Source of the DNA: Eledone cirrhosa
Lineage: Eukaryota
Reading direction: 5' to 3'
Assembly (NCBI GenBank): GCA_964016885.1
Contig: OZ024740.1
Coordinates: forward strand, 244,466,001-244,530,000
DNA length: 64,000 nt
Below the pieces are notes generated by a model that was not told where the DNA came from, did no database searches, and saw only the letters and a list, made by a program, of their open reading frames with translations. Both the position numbers and the translations under genes were made by a program. The first letter of the stretch is position 1; each line of letters starts with the position of its first letter. Positions 30,315 through 44,210 of this stretch are shown here, one piece after another.

Positions 30315-30975
30315 CGTGGTAGCCTATATAGAAATGATGGTCTACTCGTCTCCATAAATAAGTATAGGAAGGACTTAATAAAACTAATCAATGACCTGAA
30401 TATTAATATTTCAGTAAATACCAAACTTAAAATAGTTAATTTCTTAAATATAACAACTTTTAACCTTATTTACAGAAAATTCGGGCCGTACATTAAACCT
30501 AATGTTTCAATATTACGAAGAGAAAACAACTCAAGCCACCCACTGTATAGTCTTAGGAATCTACTAAATAACCTGAGCAAGCGAATTTCGTCAAGTTCGT
30601 ATAATAAAACATTATTCAATGTGGTAATGAGGACATGTGTACACAAACAAAAAAAAAGACACATACCACATCACACACACACACCACATCACACTACATC
30701 ATACATCACACTACACTATACACAACACAACATTACATACCACACATGCACGCATACACCCAAGCACACAGAGAGACATAACAACACACTGGCATCTAGG
30801 GCCTTGAAAGAAACCATTGAATATAACAATAGAAAAATGCAACAGAGAATAAAGAAGAGGAACAGAATGACAATCAAGTATATACCTTCATTGTTAATAT
30901 ATGTAAGCATATCGATAGGAAAAACATTTCTCAATCTGGTAAGAAAACAATTTCCCCTGGGCATATATAAATAAA
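30315..30975 (+). pseudogene. Decayed Penelope-like (Naiad-type) RT/thumb fragment
   Basis: LYRNDGL, LKIVNFLNIT, PYIKPN, SSHP, KRISSSS, ALKE and IGKTFLNLVRKQFP occur in the same order as in 45245-46330. Confidence 0.6.
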
Positions 30976-32703
30976 AATCTTTTTAATTCCCGTTTGCTTG
31001 AAATAAGGTACTTCACTTTTGCTAACTTCACCAATATTTAAAAAAAAAAATAGTAATGAAGAATTGAAATCAGCAGAACATGGCTAACAAAGCACAGAAA
31101 TACAATTTTTACCCTTAAAATGTATTCTCAGTCAACGGAAAGTGATTGGCGGAATTTGTTGTATACTCAGCCACTAGAACATCAAATATTAACCGAAATT
31201 GCATTGATTACGTGAAAACGCTTCGTGGTTAGGGTGTTGAGCTCACAATCGCTTGGTTATAAGTTTGATTCTCCGACCGGGCGGCGTTTTATGTCCTTGA
31301 GCAAGATACTTTATTTCACGTTATTCCACTCCATTCAGCTGAAAAATTTGAGTTTGCGATGGCATTAGTGCTAAGTTATATCTGCCTTTTCCCCTTCCTC
31401 TTGTACAACATCGGTGTCATGAAAAAGGTTGATTGGCAAGTATGGGTGATTGCTGGTCTTCCAGAAAAAAATAACAACCAATCTTGCACCATGGAAAGGA
31501 ACTTTCCAGATATACATCCATTGTCATTCATGACCGGAGGACCTTTTTATAATGGTATTTAACGAAACCTCAACATGTTTTCCACAATGGTTTTCTTAGC
31601 CTACCACAAACGACCACCGAAAGACTATTCTGTGACCTCAGAATCAAAAACCTAGATAATATTCTCTTGCAGAAGGTTCATGGCGCCAGAGTGTCCGAAA
31701 GAAGGATAGTTGAAAAGGCCATATGTTTCATGTTTCTGGGCCACCTAAACCTTATATACAAGATACTTCAACCCCCAGATATATTCTGCTTTTCGACTCA
31801 GCAAAAGACAGTCTGCTTTTGACTCTGCAACAAAAAGATAGTTTGTTTAGTCAGTTTTGCGATGTAGCCGCGCACAAAGACACACTCGCTGGCCAGCTTT
31901 GCTGGGATCAATACTAGCTGAGATTACTACCAACACAGGTTAGCTACCACACTATCACCGACTCAATATTTAACATCAATAAACCCCACTAAACGTATAA
32001 CAACTGCAAAACAATTTAAGGGTGGACTTCATCAAGTGTATATATTCTTCCAAAGAAGAATATATACACTTGAAACACATAAATTAATGTTATATCTTAT
32101 ATATAATTATATAATTAAATAGAGACTTTTAGATAAATCGCTTACGTACACGCAATCAAATACTTCGTGTCATCTTGGTACAGTAGAAAAATAATTGATT
32201 TTGATATAAAAAAAATCATACCAGATTATTAAATTTCGTCGCATAATAAATTCTGTCATGCTCTCACATGCAAAGTTACTTCAGAGATATTCCAATATGA
32301 ACAACAATATATCTCAATACTATGTACACGTATATTCCCAGACAATATATTTTTATTTAATTAAGTTCCCATTTCCATTTTCTAGTCTCAAATTAGCATT
32401 CGGTGTATCATTAATTTATTAATTTTGTTAAAGAGAACTCTGTTAATAAATCAACGAGTGCAAACAATGTCAAACAATGCAAATACCATATAATAGCGCT
32501 GACAGAAAGATATACATTTGTCATATGTCTATTCTTGTCTATTTTGTAGTTTCTGTTTACTATGTTCTTCTCTGTTTACCAAGACCTTCCTGAACAATGT
32601 GTAATTCCTCAAAGTGTTAAAGAAGATTATCAATCCCAAATATTATCACTTATACTCATCCCTTAATTCAATATCTCAATTGTCTTTATATACTTTTATA
32701 AAT

Positions 32704-32842
32704 ACCGAAGACGCTTCGTCCTCAAGGACGCACCCTAATTTTGACAACCAAAAATTTGAAAAAAAAAAATAAACAACCTTCGGCTTCCAGGACGCATTGT
32801 AGATATTTTATTTTAGGAAAAAAGTAGCCGGGAAATACGGTA
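32704..32842. mobile_element. Degenerate pogo/Tigger-like MITE
   Basis: TACCG...CGGTA termini with internal GACGCA motifs. Confidence 0.35.
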
Positions 32843-32905
32843 ATTCCTTTTTAATTTATTCATTTAGTTAACACTTTTACTTAAACACCAGCTCTTCAAT
32901 AGATA

Positions 32906-33269
32906 TATAGCGAGGATACTGGGTTGTATGAATGTAACAAGGAATACATGGTTTGGTGTATAATATTTAATTAACGGTAGATAGAATACTTGACATGTCA
33001 AAGATAGATGTTAGAATGAAACAAAGTTAGTAGTTACCGTTTTGATTGCCAGGCAAACGCGGCTGGCAGAGGACGCCTGGCTAAGGCCAGGCGCCTGTTG
33101 GCCAAATTAATGGCAGAGCCAAATGAGAGGCTCTTGACCTGGTGCCGAAAAGGCAAAGAGAGTTAGAAAGCTTAAAGTTGTTAGTTTTATAGGGCTCTGA
33201 CCGGAAGTTGCAGAAAGGGTTCTACTTCCCGTCTAGATCCCAATCAAAACAAGGGAGACAACCGCTACA
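32906..33269. mobile_element. Probable solo LTR
   Basis: Ends TATAGCG...CGCTACA (TG..CA-type inverted termini with one change), flanked on both sides by GATA, a possible 4-bp target-site duplication. Confidence 0.5.
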
Positions 33270-33349
33270 GATATATAAGAAATCTAATTAATTATCGAAG
33301 CATTGGGAGTGTTTACAATTTAAAAATGTGATAGTCCTAAACGCAGAAA

Positions 33350-34100
33350 ATAAGTAATAACAGTTGATCATTACAGGTAATAGATGAGAAAATTTGGAAA
33401 ATTACGCTTAGAGGCGGGAATAAAAAGACAAGGCGCCTCTGTCCACTTTTTCCGTCTCTAAGCGTAATTTACCAATTTTCTCAAATAGTATCGCTAATAT
33501 TATGTTGTAGTTATTTTCTACGTTTGAGACTCTCACATTTTCAAAGATACATACCAAAAACCCACATACATACGCACAGTAATATAGCCATTTGATTAGA
33601 AATAACTTTCTCATTAAACAAACCAAAATCCCTTTCTTATTTCCATACTAAAAAAAAGCTGCCCAGCTCCATCCAATAAGCATGAAAACGACACCTCAGT
33701 GCAACCAGATGAAGCAATAAACTGAAACTTCGAAGTAGGCACTGTCACTTTTCTCTTCAAAAAATCAATTTTATACTGTTCATATACTGTTCATTTTGAT
33801 AATGTTTGAATGGAAGTGCAATGGTACTTTAAACATCCAAAGGCGCAAACATTTCCGAAGCAGAGAGAACTCACATGATGCCATTATTGATATAACAATT
33901 GCGGTGAATTGGCAGTATAGAGGGTTGGACGCCATGCTTTCCAGCATAGTTACGTCCCTTTACGGTCTGAGTTCAAATCCCGCCGAGGTTAACTTTGCCT
34001 TTCATCCTTACGGGGTCGATAAAATAAAGTACCAGTAATGCACTGGGTTATTGCTGGCCTTGTGCCTAACGTAGAAACAATTATTGATATAACAATTTAG

Positions 34101-34156
<56 letters not shown>

Positions 34157-34177
34157 ACACACACGGGGACACACACG

Positions 34178-34212
<35 letters not shown>

Positions 34213-34213
34213 G

Positions 34214-34244
<31 letters not shown>

Positions 34245-34258
34245 CCGTGTGCGTGTGG

Positions 34259-34293
<35 letters not shown>

Positions 34294-34660
34294 GGGTGGG
34301 TCTAAATTGTTATATCAATAATTGTTTCTACTTTTGGCACAAGGCCAGCAATACCCAGTGCATTACTGGTACTTTATTTTATCGACCCCGTAAGGATGAA
34401 AGGCAAAGTTAACCTCGGCGGGATTTGAACTCAGATCGTAAAGGAACGTAACTATGCTGGAAAGCATGGCGTCCGACTCTCTTACCAATACTGCCAATCC
34501 ATACAACATAATATTAGCGATACTATTTGAGAAAATTGGTAAATTACGCTTAGAGACGGAAAAAGTGGACAGATGCACCTTGTCTTTTTATTCCCGCCTC
34601 TAAGCGTAATTTACCAAATTTTCTCATCTATTACCTGTAATGATCAACTGTTATTACTTA
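33350..34660. repeat. Large imperfect inverted duplication centred on a (CA)n/(TA)n tract
   Basis: About 33350-33510 pairs with 34502-34660, and about 33905-34200 pairs with 34225-34500. Confidence 0.85.
33900..34085 (+). mobile_element. tRNA-derived SINE with MetaSINE-like central domain (copies at about 1010-1130, 12188-12305, 34320-34500, 38550-38735, 51550-51700, 52150-52450, 57650-57865, 62985-63100)
   Basis: B box GAGTTCAAATC followed by GCCTTTCATCCTT.CGGGGTCGATAAAATAAAGTACCAG. Confidence 0.75.
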
Positions 34661-35590
34661 TAAAAATCGAAATCTTTCGACAACTTTTTAAGGTTAAATT
34701 TCTGGGATCGACTACAGTATCAGTAGCAGGTACAGTATCAGTAACAGAAGCCCAACTGACCTTTAAACGAATAAAAACTCAGTGAATTACAGTAATGTAA
34801 CCGGTTCTATGCGTCAAAACACACGTCCTCGTAAATATCAATAAGCTCTTATAAATATTTACACTTGCCCTTTTACTCGTATCCATCAAACGTAATAGAC
34901 TAGCTTAGTACAATCATTTTTATCTCATAATTATTGTATATTACTGCGATCGACTTTTATACGAGGTCTATGGAAAATTCCAGATATTTTGGTCAAATAT
35001 AGGATGTCGATATTCACATGAGATTGAATATTACTCGAGTATATATTGTATATATATATATATATGTGTGTGTGTATGCAAAAATTAAACGGAAACACAT
35101 TAAGCGAACAACACAAAACAATGAAAAAATATATTATTTTAAGGTAGGAAAAGAGTCTTTAGGTATCGGACACTAGTCCTTCATCAGAAGGTAGAATAAG
35201 AAATAAAAGATGAAATAGAAAGAAAGACAGTGAGAAGAGAAAGGAACGGAAAAAAGTTTTTAAAAAAACAAAAACACGTGTGTACACGTACATGCATACA
35301 CAAGAACAAACACACAGTGGGAGGAAGAAGGAAGAAGAGGATTATTCCATGATTAAAAAACATTAAATAGGTTAAACATTAAATCATGAATTAAATATAT
35401 GTGTAAAGCGAAATGAGTGAAAAACACATTTTATTGGTTAAAAGTTAATCAAGACGCGTTAATGCCAAGGTTATACCCAACATGTGGTACTAAGCTGCAC
35501 TCCTAATGTTGCTAAAAGTTAATGATATCATATCTAATATGAGGAAGTGCAAGGAGTGTAAACACGCACACACATACAGACACAACCATA

Positions 35591-35629
<39 letters not shown>

Positions 35630-35944
35630 TATAGAGTGTATATGTATGTCACTCTTGCCAAGCTCTATCAGTATTTGCCTTTCCCTCAGACACTATCTGT
35701 GGCATGCAGAGGGGAGAGAAGCATGCGTGGGTGACTGACGGTCTTCCACAAAGACACCTAGTCGGGGCTTGTGCCTCGGAAAAGAAATTTCTGGGAGCAA
35801 AACCCTTGGTCATTCGCGACGGAAGGAGTGTTTTTTTTAATGTATATAAATACGTAGACACACATACATGAATACACATGTATATAAACAAACTATATAT
35901 ATATATATGTACGTATGTATGTATGTGTATATATATATATATAT

Positions 35945-36088
35945 GGCATACATCAAAATGGCCGGTCTCAAAAGTGAAACTAATTTTTGACAGTTACGTA
36001 CACGTTGTAAGAGTTATTTAAATTTATATATATAAAATAAAGGAGCAAATAAGAGCATGATATGAAGTCAGTCATGTGTGTGTGTATA

Positions 36089-36141
<53 letters not shown>

Positions 36142-36450
36142 AAACGAATGTAAAAGAATATATGTAGGGCATAGATAAGGTTTCCTAGAATTTTACACAC
36201 ACACACATATATACACACACACGTGTATATAATATAGTGGTGTATGTGTGCATATATAAGTGTATATGTGTGTGTACTTTTACATTCGTTTACACACACA
36301 CACATATATACACACACACATGACTGACTTCATATGCTCTTATTTGCTCCTTTATTTTATATATATAAATTTAAATAACTCTTACAACGTGTACGAAACT
36401 GTCAAAAATTAGTTTCACTTTTGAGACCGGCCGTTTTGATGTATGCCTAT
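35945..36450. repeat. Inverted repeat between (TA)n tracts
   Basis: About 35945-36150 is the reverse complement of about 36280-36447. Confidence 0.85.
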
Positions 36451-36463
36451 ATATATGTATATA

Positions 36464-36526
<63 letters not shown>

Positions 36527-36532
<6 letters not shown>

Positions 36533-36675
36533 TCTGAAGACGGCATATATATGTGTTTGGTATGTATATTTAATTTTGATAGTTTGTATAATTTTGTATA
36601 ATTTTGTACATAGATCTGTTGAATATGCATACCAATTCTAACACATATATATCCTAGAAACGATCGTTAAATAAT
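36527..36675 (+). ncRNA. Type I hammerhead ribozyme with a stem II of about 115 nt
   Basis: ATTATTT-CTGAAGA-[ATATATATGTGTT/AACACATATATAT and TGGTATGTATATT/AATATGCATACCA helices]-GAAA-CGATCG-TT-AAATAAT. It starts at the edge of a (TA)n tract. Confidence 0.75.
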
Positions 36676-36872
36676 GAACTTTTTTTGTTTAATATAAGGA
36701 ACTGTTTCATTGTTTTATTCATTATTTTTTAAATATTTTATCTTGACTCTGTATTCCGTTTATCTTTCACCGAAAGTGATTTTTCATTGCATCTCTTCTT
36801 TCCATGATATCCGGATTACATTGAGTTCTTCATACGGATTGGACACTACCGTAAACTCTTGGTAGATTTATC

Positions 36873-36925
<53 letters not shown>

Positions 36926-37210
36926 CCAGTTGCTCACACACGTGCTTCGGGTTTCCCATCTTCGGTTTGTTGCTTCCCGTTTTTTCCTTTTTTTCCCCTC
37001 TTCCCTTCTGTTACTATTTTTTTCTCTCTCTTTCCCTTTTTTTCCCCAATAACTTCCTTGAATTATTGACGCCCTGGGATGAGACATCTTTAAAACGTTG
37101 AAATGTCCAAGACCCCCAGCAGACAACTGATGAAGGAAAATTTTCTCCCGTTCTTGCTTTCCTCTTTTTATAAGTACACCTTATCCACCAACTACACAGC
37201 CCCTGTTTGT

Positions 37211-37314
<104 letters not shown>

Positions 37315-37457
37315 GTCGTTACACAACAGTTAGTTCACCATACCGAGAACAATTGTTTCACGGTATGGTGAACTAACTGTTGTGTAACCACTTCTACCTA
37401 ACTCGTCCCTTGGACTGAGTGCTCTACCACTACGGATATTACCTTCCAGTGTTCTAC

Positions 37458-37520
<63 letters not shown>

Positions 37521-37648
37521 AAAGTTCTATTTAAAATTGTTGGGATACAACAAGTAAATCTTTTTATAACTGATATAAAGCACTCGACAAGTATTTGGAG
37601 TAGATATACGATATTAATAAATGGAAACTATATTTATAAAACCATATT

Positions 37649-37713
37649 TATTTCATTATACATATTTCAGGGATACCAAATTAAATTATGGTATGCCTTC
37701 ATCAGACAAAATA
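37649..37713 (-). ncRNA. Type I hammerhead ribozyme
   Basis: Minus strand: TATTTTGT-CTGATGA-AGGcATACCA...TGGTATcCCT-GAAA-TATGTA-TA-ATGAAATA. The cassette (about 37520-37832) lies between (TA)n tracts. Confidence 0.75.
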
Positions 37714-37832
37714 CAATATATAACAGTTTTACAAATAAGCATTGACGTACCCTTTTAAAATGCAACCATTATTTTTGGAAGCCATCTGGATAGTGAATTG
37801 TTTATATTATTTTAATAAGTCTTAGTGTTAAG

Positions 37833-37895
<63 letters not shown>

Positions 37896-38035
37896 ATCAA
37901 AAGATGGTTAAAAGAGTTCCATGTATTTTATTATCTTTTGATCTTATATATTATGTATACTCCAGTCCTACAAACTGTAGAGTGCTTCTTATCCGATATC
38001 TGCATTGCTTTATTGTACTACAATAAAACTCACCT

Positions 38036-38119
<84 letters not shown>

Positions 38120-39139
38120 TCCCGAGTTAAATCGGGGGTAACCACTGTAAATAAGTTACTCAATACATTAGTAGAGTGTGAACATCACATACACACACAC
38201 ACACGCACACACACACATATGTATATATATATATATGTGTGTGTGTAAAATTAGTAACAACAGTGACATATACATGTATGTATGTACGTATGTAAAAAGT
38301 AAACAGAAATAACACAACAAACGACACAGTACAACGAAGAAATATATTAGTTTAACGCTTGAAAAAGTAGGAAAAGAGTCGGACACTAGTCCTTCATCAG
38401 TACAATGAGAAAAAAAAATTAAATAAAAAGATAGAGATTGAGAAGAGGAAGAAAAAAGAAAAATTGAGAGAAAAAAAACACACGTGCGTATTCAGAATGC
38501 TATTTTGGCACGGGTATCTTAAGTATTAAAGAGGTTTAGAAAGGAAGATAATTGTTTCTACTTTGGCACAAGGCCAGCAAATTACCCAGTGCATTACTGG
38601 TACTTTATTTTATCGACCCCGTAACGATGAAAGGCAAAGTTAACCTCGGCGGGATTTGAACTCAGAATGGCAAGGGCCGTAACTATGCGTCAAAGCATGG
38701 CGTCCGAGTCTCTACCGATACTGCCAATCCCGCCTTTGGAAGATAATCATTGTATATTTGATGCGGACATGTGTAATCGTGCGTGCGCGTGCGTGCACAT
38801 GTGTTCGTTTGTTAGTACAAAGGTTTGAAAGATGGGTGTTGGACAGTGGCAGGCTGGCAGCTGTGGAATTGGGAGGCGTGAGTGAGCGTGTGCGGGTGAA
38901 CTAACCAACGTAGGGAGATGTACAAATATTTATATAAATGTCTGTGCATACACACACATAGAAGGAGTCGAAAGAGGCGGTGGAAATGGAAGCAAGCAGA
39001 AATGACAGCCACTGGTTTCTGCCCTTTCGGGTAATTATACTCGACTCATTGGCGGCATTTGGGTGTTTTAACAGCTGTTCTTACGTTGAGTTTTTCATTT
39101 TTCTATAAAATTCATATATATATATATATATATATCCTC

Positions 39140-40505
39140 CTCCTCATCATCATCATCATCAACATCATCATCATTTTACGTCCGCTTTTCCCTGCTTGCA
39201 ATGGTGGGACGGGTCACGGTCCATCTCCACTGTGAGCTTCAGCGATCTGGGGTCTGTTCTCACTACCTCCGCCCATGTTTTTCGTGGTCTACCTTTACCA
39301 CGTTTTCCTTCAACTGGCATTTCCTGGCACTTCTTTACCCATGGGTCATCCTCCGTGCGCATCACATGTCCATACCACTCAGTCTTCTCTCTTGCACACT
39401 ACATTCTATCCTTCTCAGACATAGTTTCTCCCTCAACACATTCATGCTGGGTCGTTCACGCACATTGACATTGCACATCCAAGGGAGCATGCTTGCCTCA
39501 TTTCTCTCCAGCCGTCGCATATCCTCTGCAGTTGCTGCTCATGTCTCACTACCATGCAGCATCGCGCTCCTCACACAGGCATCATACAACCGGCCTTTCG
39601 TATGCAGGGAGAAACCTTCTTCGTCAGCAGAGGAAGCAGCTCTCTAAACTTCTTCCAACCCGACCTTATTCTAGATACTATGGCCTCGGACCCCCCCCCC
39701 CTCCCATGCTAATCTGATCTCCTAGGTACCGGAAGCTATCCACCACTTCTATAGCACCCGCCTGCATTTGAAAAATGTGTCTATCAATGCGACTTCTACT
39801 GTCTAATTTCCCTGTACATCTACTGCATACGTATTTCTCCCTACCTGTTAGTTTGCCTGCTATCCTGCTACATCTCTTGTGTACCCAGGATCTGCATTGT
39901 GTGCATTTTAAAGAATTTATGCCAGTTCCTTTTCTGCATATCGAACATAGCCATTTCCCTGACGGAATCAGAGTTTTGTCCTCTTTTCTACTCATCAACA
40001 CTTTTGTCTTAGCTAGGTTCACTCTCAGTCCTCTTGCTTCCAACCGCTGTTTCCATAGCCAGAATTTATTCTCTAGCTCCTCTACTGATTCTGCTATAAG
40101 AACCAGATCGTCAGCATAGAGAAGTTCCCATGGACAGCCAGTCTTAAACTCCTCTGTTATGGCTTGGAGGACTATAATGAAGAAGAGCGGGCTGAAGACC
40201 GAACCTTGATGTACTCCTACTTGTATCTGGAATTCCTCACTAAACTCCATTCTAACTTTACTGACAGCACCTCTGTACAAAGTTTGCACTGCCCTCACAA
40301 GCCATTCCTCTACACCTAGTTTCCTTAGGGACCACCAGTTGACAGACCGGGGTACTCTATCAAAGGCCTTCTCTAGGTCAACAAAGGCTAAGTATTGTGG
40401 CTTATTTTTCTCTAAGAACCTCTCTTGTAATTGTCTCACCAAGAAGAGGGCATCTGTTGTACTCTTCCCAGACACAAAACCAAACTGCATCTCTAACTGG
40501 ATTAC
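39140..40505 (-). mobile_element. 5'-truncated RTE-clade LINE with a PHD-like finger and (GAT)n tail
   Basis: FVDLEKAFDRVP, GVHQGSV, LYADDL, a C4HC3 motif and GKRGKGRPRKTW. Confidence 0.85.
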
Positions 40506-40526
40506 CAATAACGATAACTTGTTATC

Positions 40527-40557
<31 letters not shown>

Positions 40558-40601
40558 CGGCGTAGACATTACAATACAATACAATAGGGTGAAACATCAT
40601 A

Positions 40602-40655
40602 ATAGTACCACTGATGATGTTGCAGATGTGCAACGAAAGAACTTTGTTAGACTAT
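40602..40655 (+). ncRNA. Probable minimal hammerhead ribozyme (related to the 11958 family)
   Basis: ATAGTacCA-CTGATGA-t GTTGCA gatg TGCAAC-GAAA-GAAC-TT-TGttagACTAT. Stem I is imperfect. The downstream tail shares ATGACCCTCCC with the 11958 family. Confidence 0.65.
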
Positions 40656-40821
40656 ATATATATATATATATATTTATATCTGTATTTTTTGGTCAATCAA
40701 TAATAACCATTGATGACCGAATGAATTAACTATGGAGATATAAAAGATGCAGAAGCGAAAACCAACCAAACAGTGAGTGTGTTCTGTTATTTCTGGCAAT
40801 ATTACAACAATATGACCCTCC

Positions 40822-40905
<84 letters not shown>

Positions 40906-40961
40906 TAAAATAACAGATTAAAGTTTAAGCAAATATATATATATTTAAGTAATATATATAT

Positions 40962-41340
40962 ATTAGCCGAATTACCCCCGCCTTGCTGCGTTTCACACTT
41001 TTTTTTGTAAGAAAATGATGAGTCATTTTAAATGAGTGATATAATTTATAGAGAAAAACTCAATTAGGGTGTCACAATATTATTGAAATTTGCTGAAATT
41101 TTGTGAATTAGCATCATATCTTGTCATTTACCTATGGTTTAAATTTCATATAAATCGAAGGGAAAACATTTTCAGCGGGGGTTTGTGCCCCGGGAATCAC
41201 TTTGATTAAAATGAAATCTACTTATCCAAGTACCCTGGGCAATGTAGTTTCAGAATATATATGATTATGGGAGTCTATCTCCAAAACCATAGGAGTTCGT
41301 GAACAAACAAACAGACAGGAACTACAAATTTATATATATA
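40962..41340 (-). mobile_element. Degenerate non-autonomous Helitron
   Basis: The minus-strand 5' end reads TATATAAA...CTGTCTGTTTGTTTG. The 3' end has a GC-rich hairpin remnant followed by CTAA instead of CTAG. Confidence 0.45.
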
Positions 41341-41439
41341 TATTTATATATATATATCTATATATATATATAAGCGTTAAACTAATATACCCCTTCCATA
41401 TATATTGCACCGTTTGTGTTGTTATTTCTATTTACCCTT

Positions 41440-41542
<103 letters not shown>

Positions 41543-41583
41543 CGATATTAAACAAATGGAAACTATATTTATAAAACCATATT

Positions 41584-41649
41584 TATTTCATTATACATAT
41601 TTCAGGGATACCATATTAAAAATATGGCATGCCTTCTTCAGATAAAATA
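41584..41649 (-). ncRNA. Type I hammerhead ribozyme (same family as 37649)
   Basis: Minus strand: TATTTTAT-CTGAAGA-AGGCATGCCATAT...ATATGGTATCCCT-GAAA-TATGTA-TA-ATGAAATA. The differences from 37649 leave stems I and II paired. Confidence 0.75.
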
Positions 41650-41820
41650 CAATATATAACCAGTTTTATAAATAATTTTGACGTACCATAAATATAGCGA
41701 CCATTAAGGTAGGAGACTGGCTTAATATCGTATATCTACTCCAAAAACTTGTCGAGTGCTTTATATCAGTTATAAAATATTTACTTGTTGTAACCCAACA
41801 ATTTTAAATAAAACTTTTGC

Positions 41821-41855
<35 letters not shown>

Positions 41856-42109
41856 CTATTGTAGTAATCGGTTTCCGTTATTTGAATTCGCATAACTTGA
41901 AATCGAGGACTGTGTGAACATACAGTGGCTTTTGACTCAACATAGGAATCGCTTTTCATAGTGTTCCCGAGGTGATCAACCGTAGGTACAATGAAGGTAA
42001 TTCCTGGAGTATTTATATAGAAATTAATAAATCACATGAATACACCAATTTCATAATAGAAGGATTAATATTTATTATCTAACTGACACGTGTTTCGTTA
42101 ATATGTAAG

Positions 42110-43495
42110 TGACCACATCTAGAACTGCTAATCTCACGTACATTTTCCAGTGGATACTCTGTACACGTCAAAGACACTGTTGGTGAAAGTCCTCCAACCT
42201 TTTGAGATGACTTCGGTAAGTGACCCAATTCTCAAATGCATACTACAAAGAGGACAAAACACAAGCATTATACACTTTTAACTTTGTCTCAATGGAAATA
42301 CCATGCTGAGACCATAGATGACCATCCAGTTTTCCAAATGCATCACTTGCCCTCTTGATTTGGAGGGAGATTTCTTCATCTAGAGTTTTGGTCATATTTA
42401 CAGTGTTGCCAAGATATACAAATTTGTCCACGACTTTCAATCAAAAACATATATGTTTGGTGTAGAGTAAGCTGTACCTGATGCAGGACGGTATAGTCTT
42501 TTTCAGACTAATTGTAAGTACCAATGCACTGCATACTTTCGAAAAAGAATCCATGAGATGTTGTATGTCACTCTCGGAATGAACTACAAGGTCACAATCG
42601 TCAGCATACAGGAATTCGCGTATCAGTGATGTAAATATCTTCGTTCCAGCAGCAAACCTTCTGACATTGAACATTTTACCTGTTGTTCGATATCTAATGT
42701 AGACCTCATGTGAGCAACCTTCAAAGGCCATCACGAAAACCATAACAAAGTACAACGTAAACAGAGTCGGTGCCGGAATATCTCCTTGCTTAACACCATT
42801 TTCAACCACAATAGGATAAGAGAGCTTACCACCCACATTAACACTTCCCTTCATTCCACCATGGAAACCTCTCAGCTCAGAGATATATTTATCAGGACAC
42901 TTTAATTTCCTGAGAATCTTCCTCTCACCATAAAGATCATGTCTGTTGTCTCCCTACCATTTCTAAAACCACAGAGATTCAGTAAGGGTTTCATCAGCGA
43001 TGTTGTCAAGGAGCCTGTCTAGTATAATCCTAAATAATACCTTGCCTACAACAGACAGAATGGATATCCCACGATAATTGCTACAGTCGTTCCTTCCACC
43101 TTTTCCTTTACAGAGAACCATCATCAGTGGATCTTTCCAGTCATGTGGGATACTCTTTTTAACCCAAATCTTTTGTTAGACGACGAAAGATATTTTCACA
43201 TCCACATTTGAAGATTTAGCACATCCATCCCAGGCGACTTACCACTATTCAGCTTTTTCACAGCAATCTGGACTTCCTCCAGGGAAGAAGTTTCTGCAGA
43301 AGTTACATCTTCGGTGGGTCTGCAGGGAACGATGTCGTCAAACTCAGAGGGCCCATTTAAAAGTCTCTCAAAGTGTTCGCGCTATCTGACAAGAATGTCT
43401 TTTGGATTCCTTTTGCCGTCCTGAGTGCGAAAAGAAGCAGCTGGGGAGGATAACGGCCCATACACTTCCTGCAACAAATTATACAGCAACTTTGT
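42110..43495 (-). mobile_element. Decayed RTE (BovB-like) LINE fragment
   Basis: GVKQGDIPAPTLF, IRYRTTGKMFNVRRF, FLYADDC and VVDKFVYLG. Confidence 0.85.
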
Positions 43496-43496
43496 A

Positions 43497-44210
<714 letters not shown>

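Noticed and set aside
35150-35195. Minus-strand CTGATGA-AGGACTAGTGTCC-GATA (related copy at about 38375-38400)
   Set aside because: Probably a decayed hammerhead, but GAAA is mutated or deleted and stem I is only 3 bp, so it was not called.
37125-37150. CTGATGA motif (similar isolated cores at about 10696 and 53043)
   Set aside because: No correctly placed GAAA, stem III or stem I.
42079-42100. Minus-strand GAAA-CACGTG-TC followed by AATAAA
   Set aside because: Only the 3' half of a hammerhead. The CUGANGA half is not visible and appears cut by the RTE fragment.
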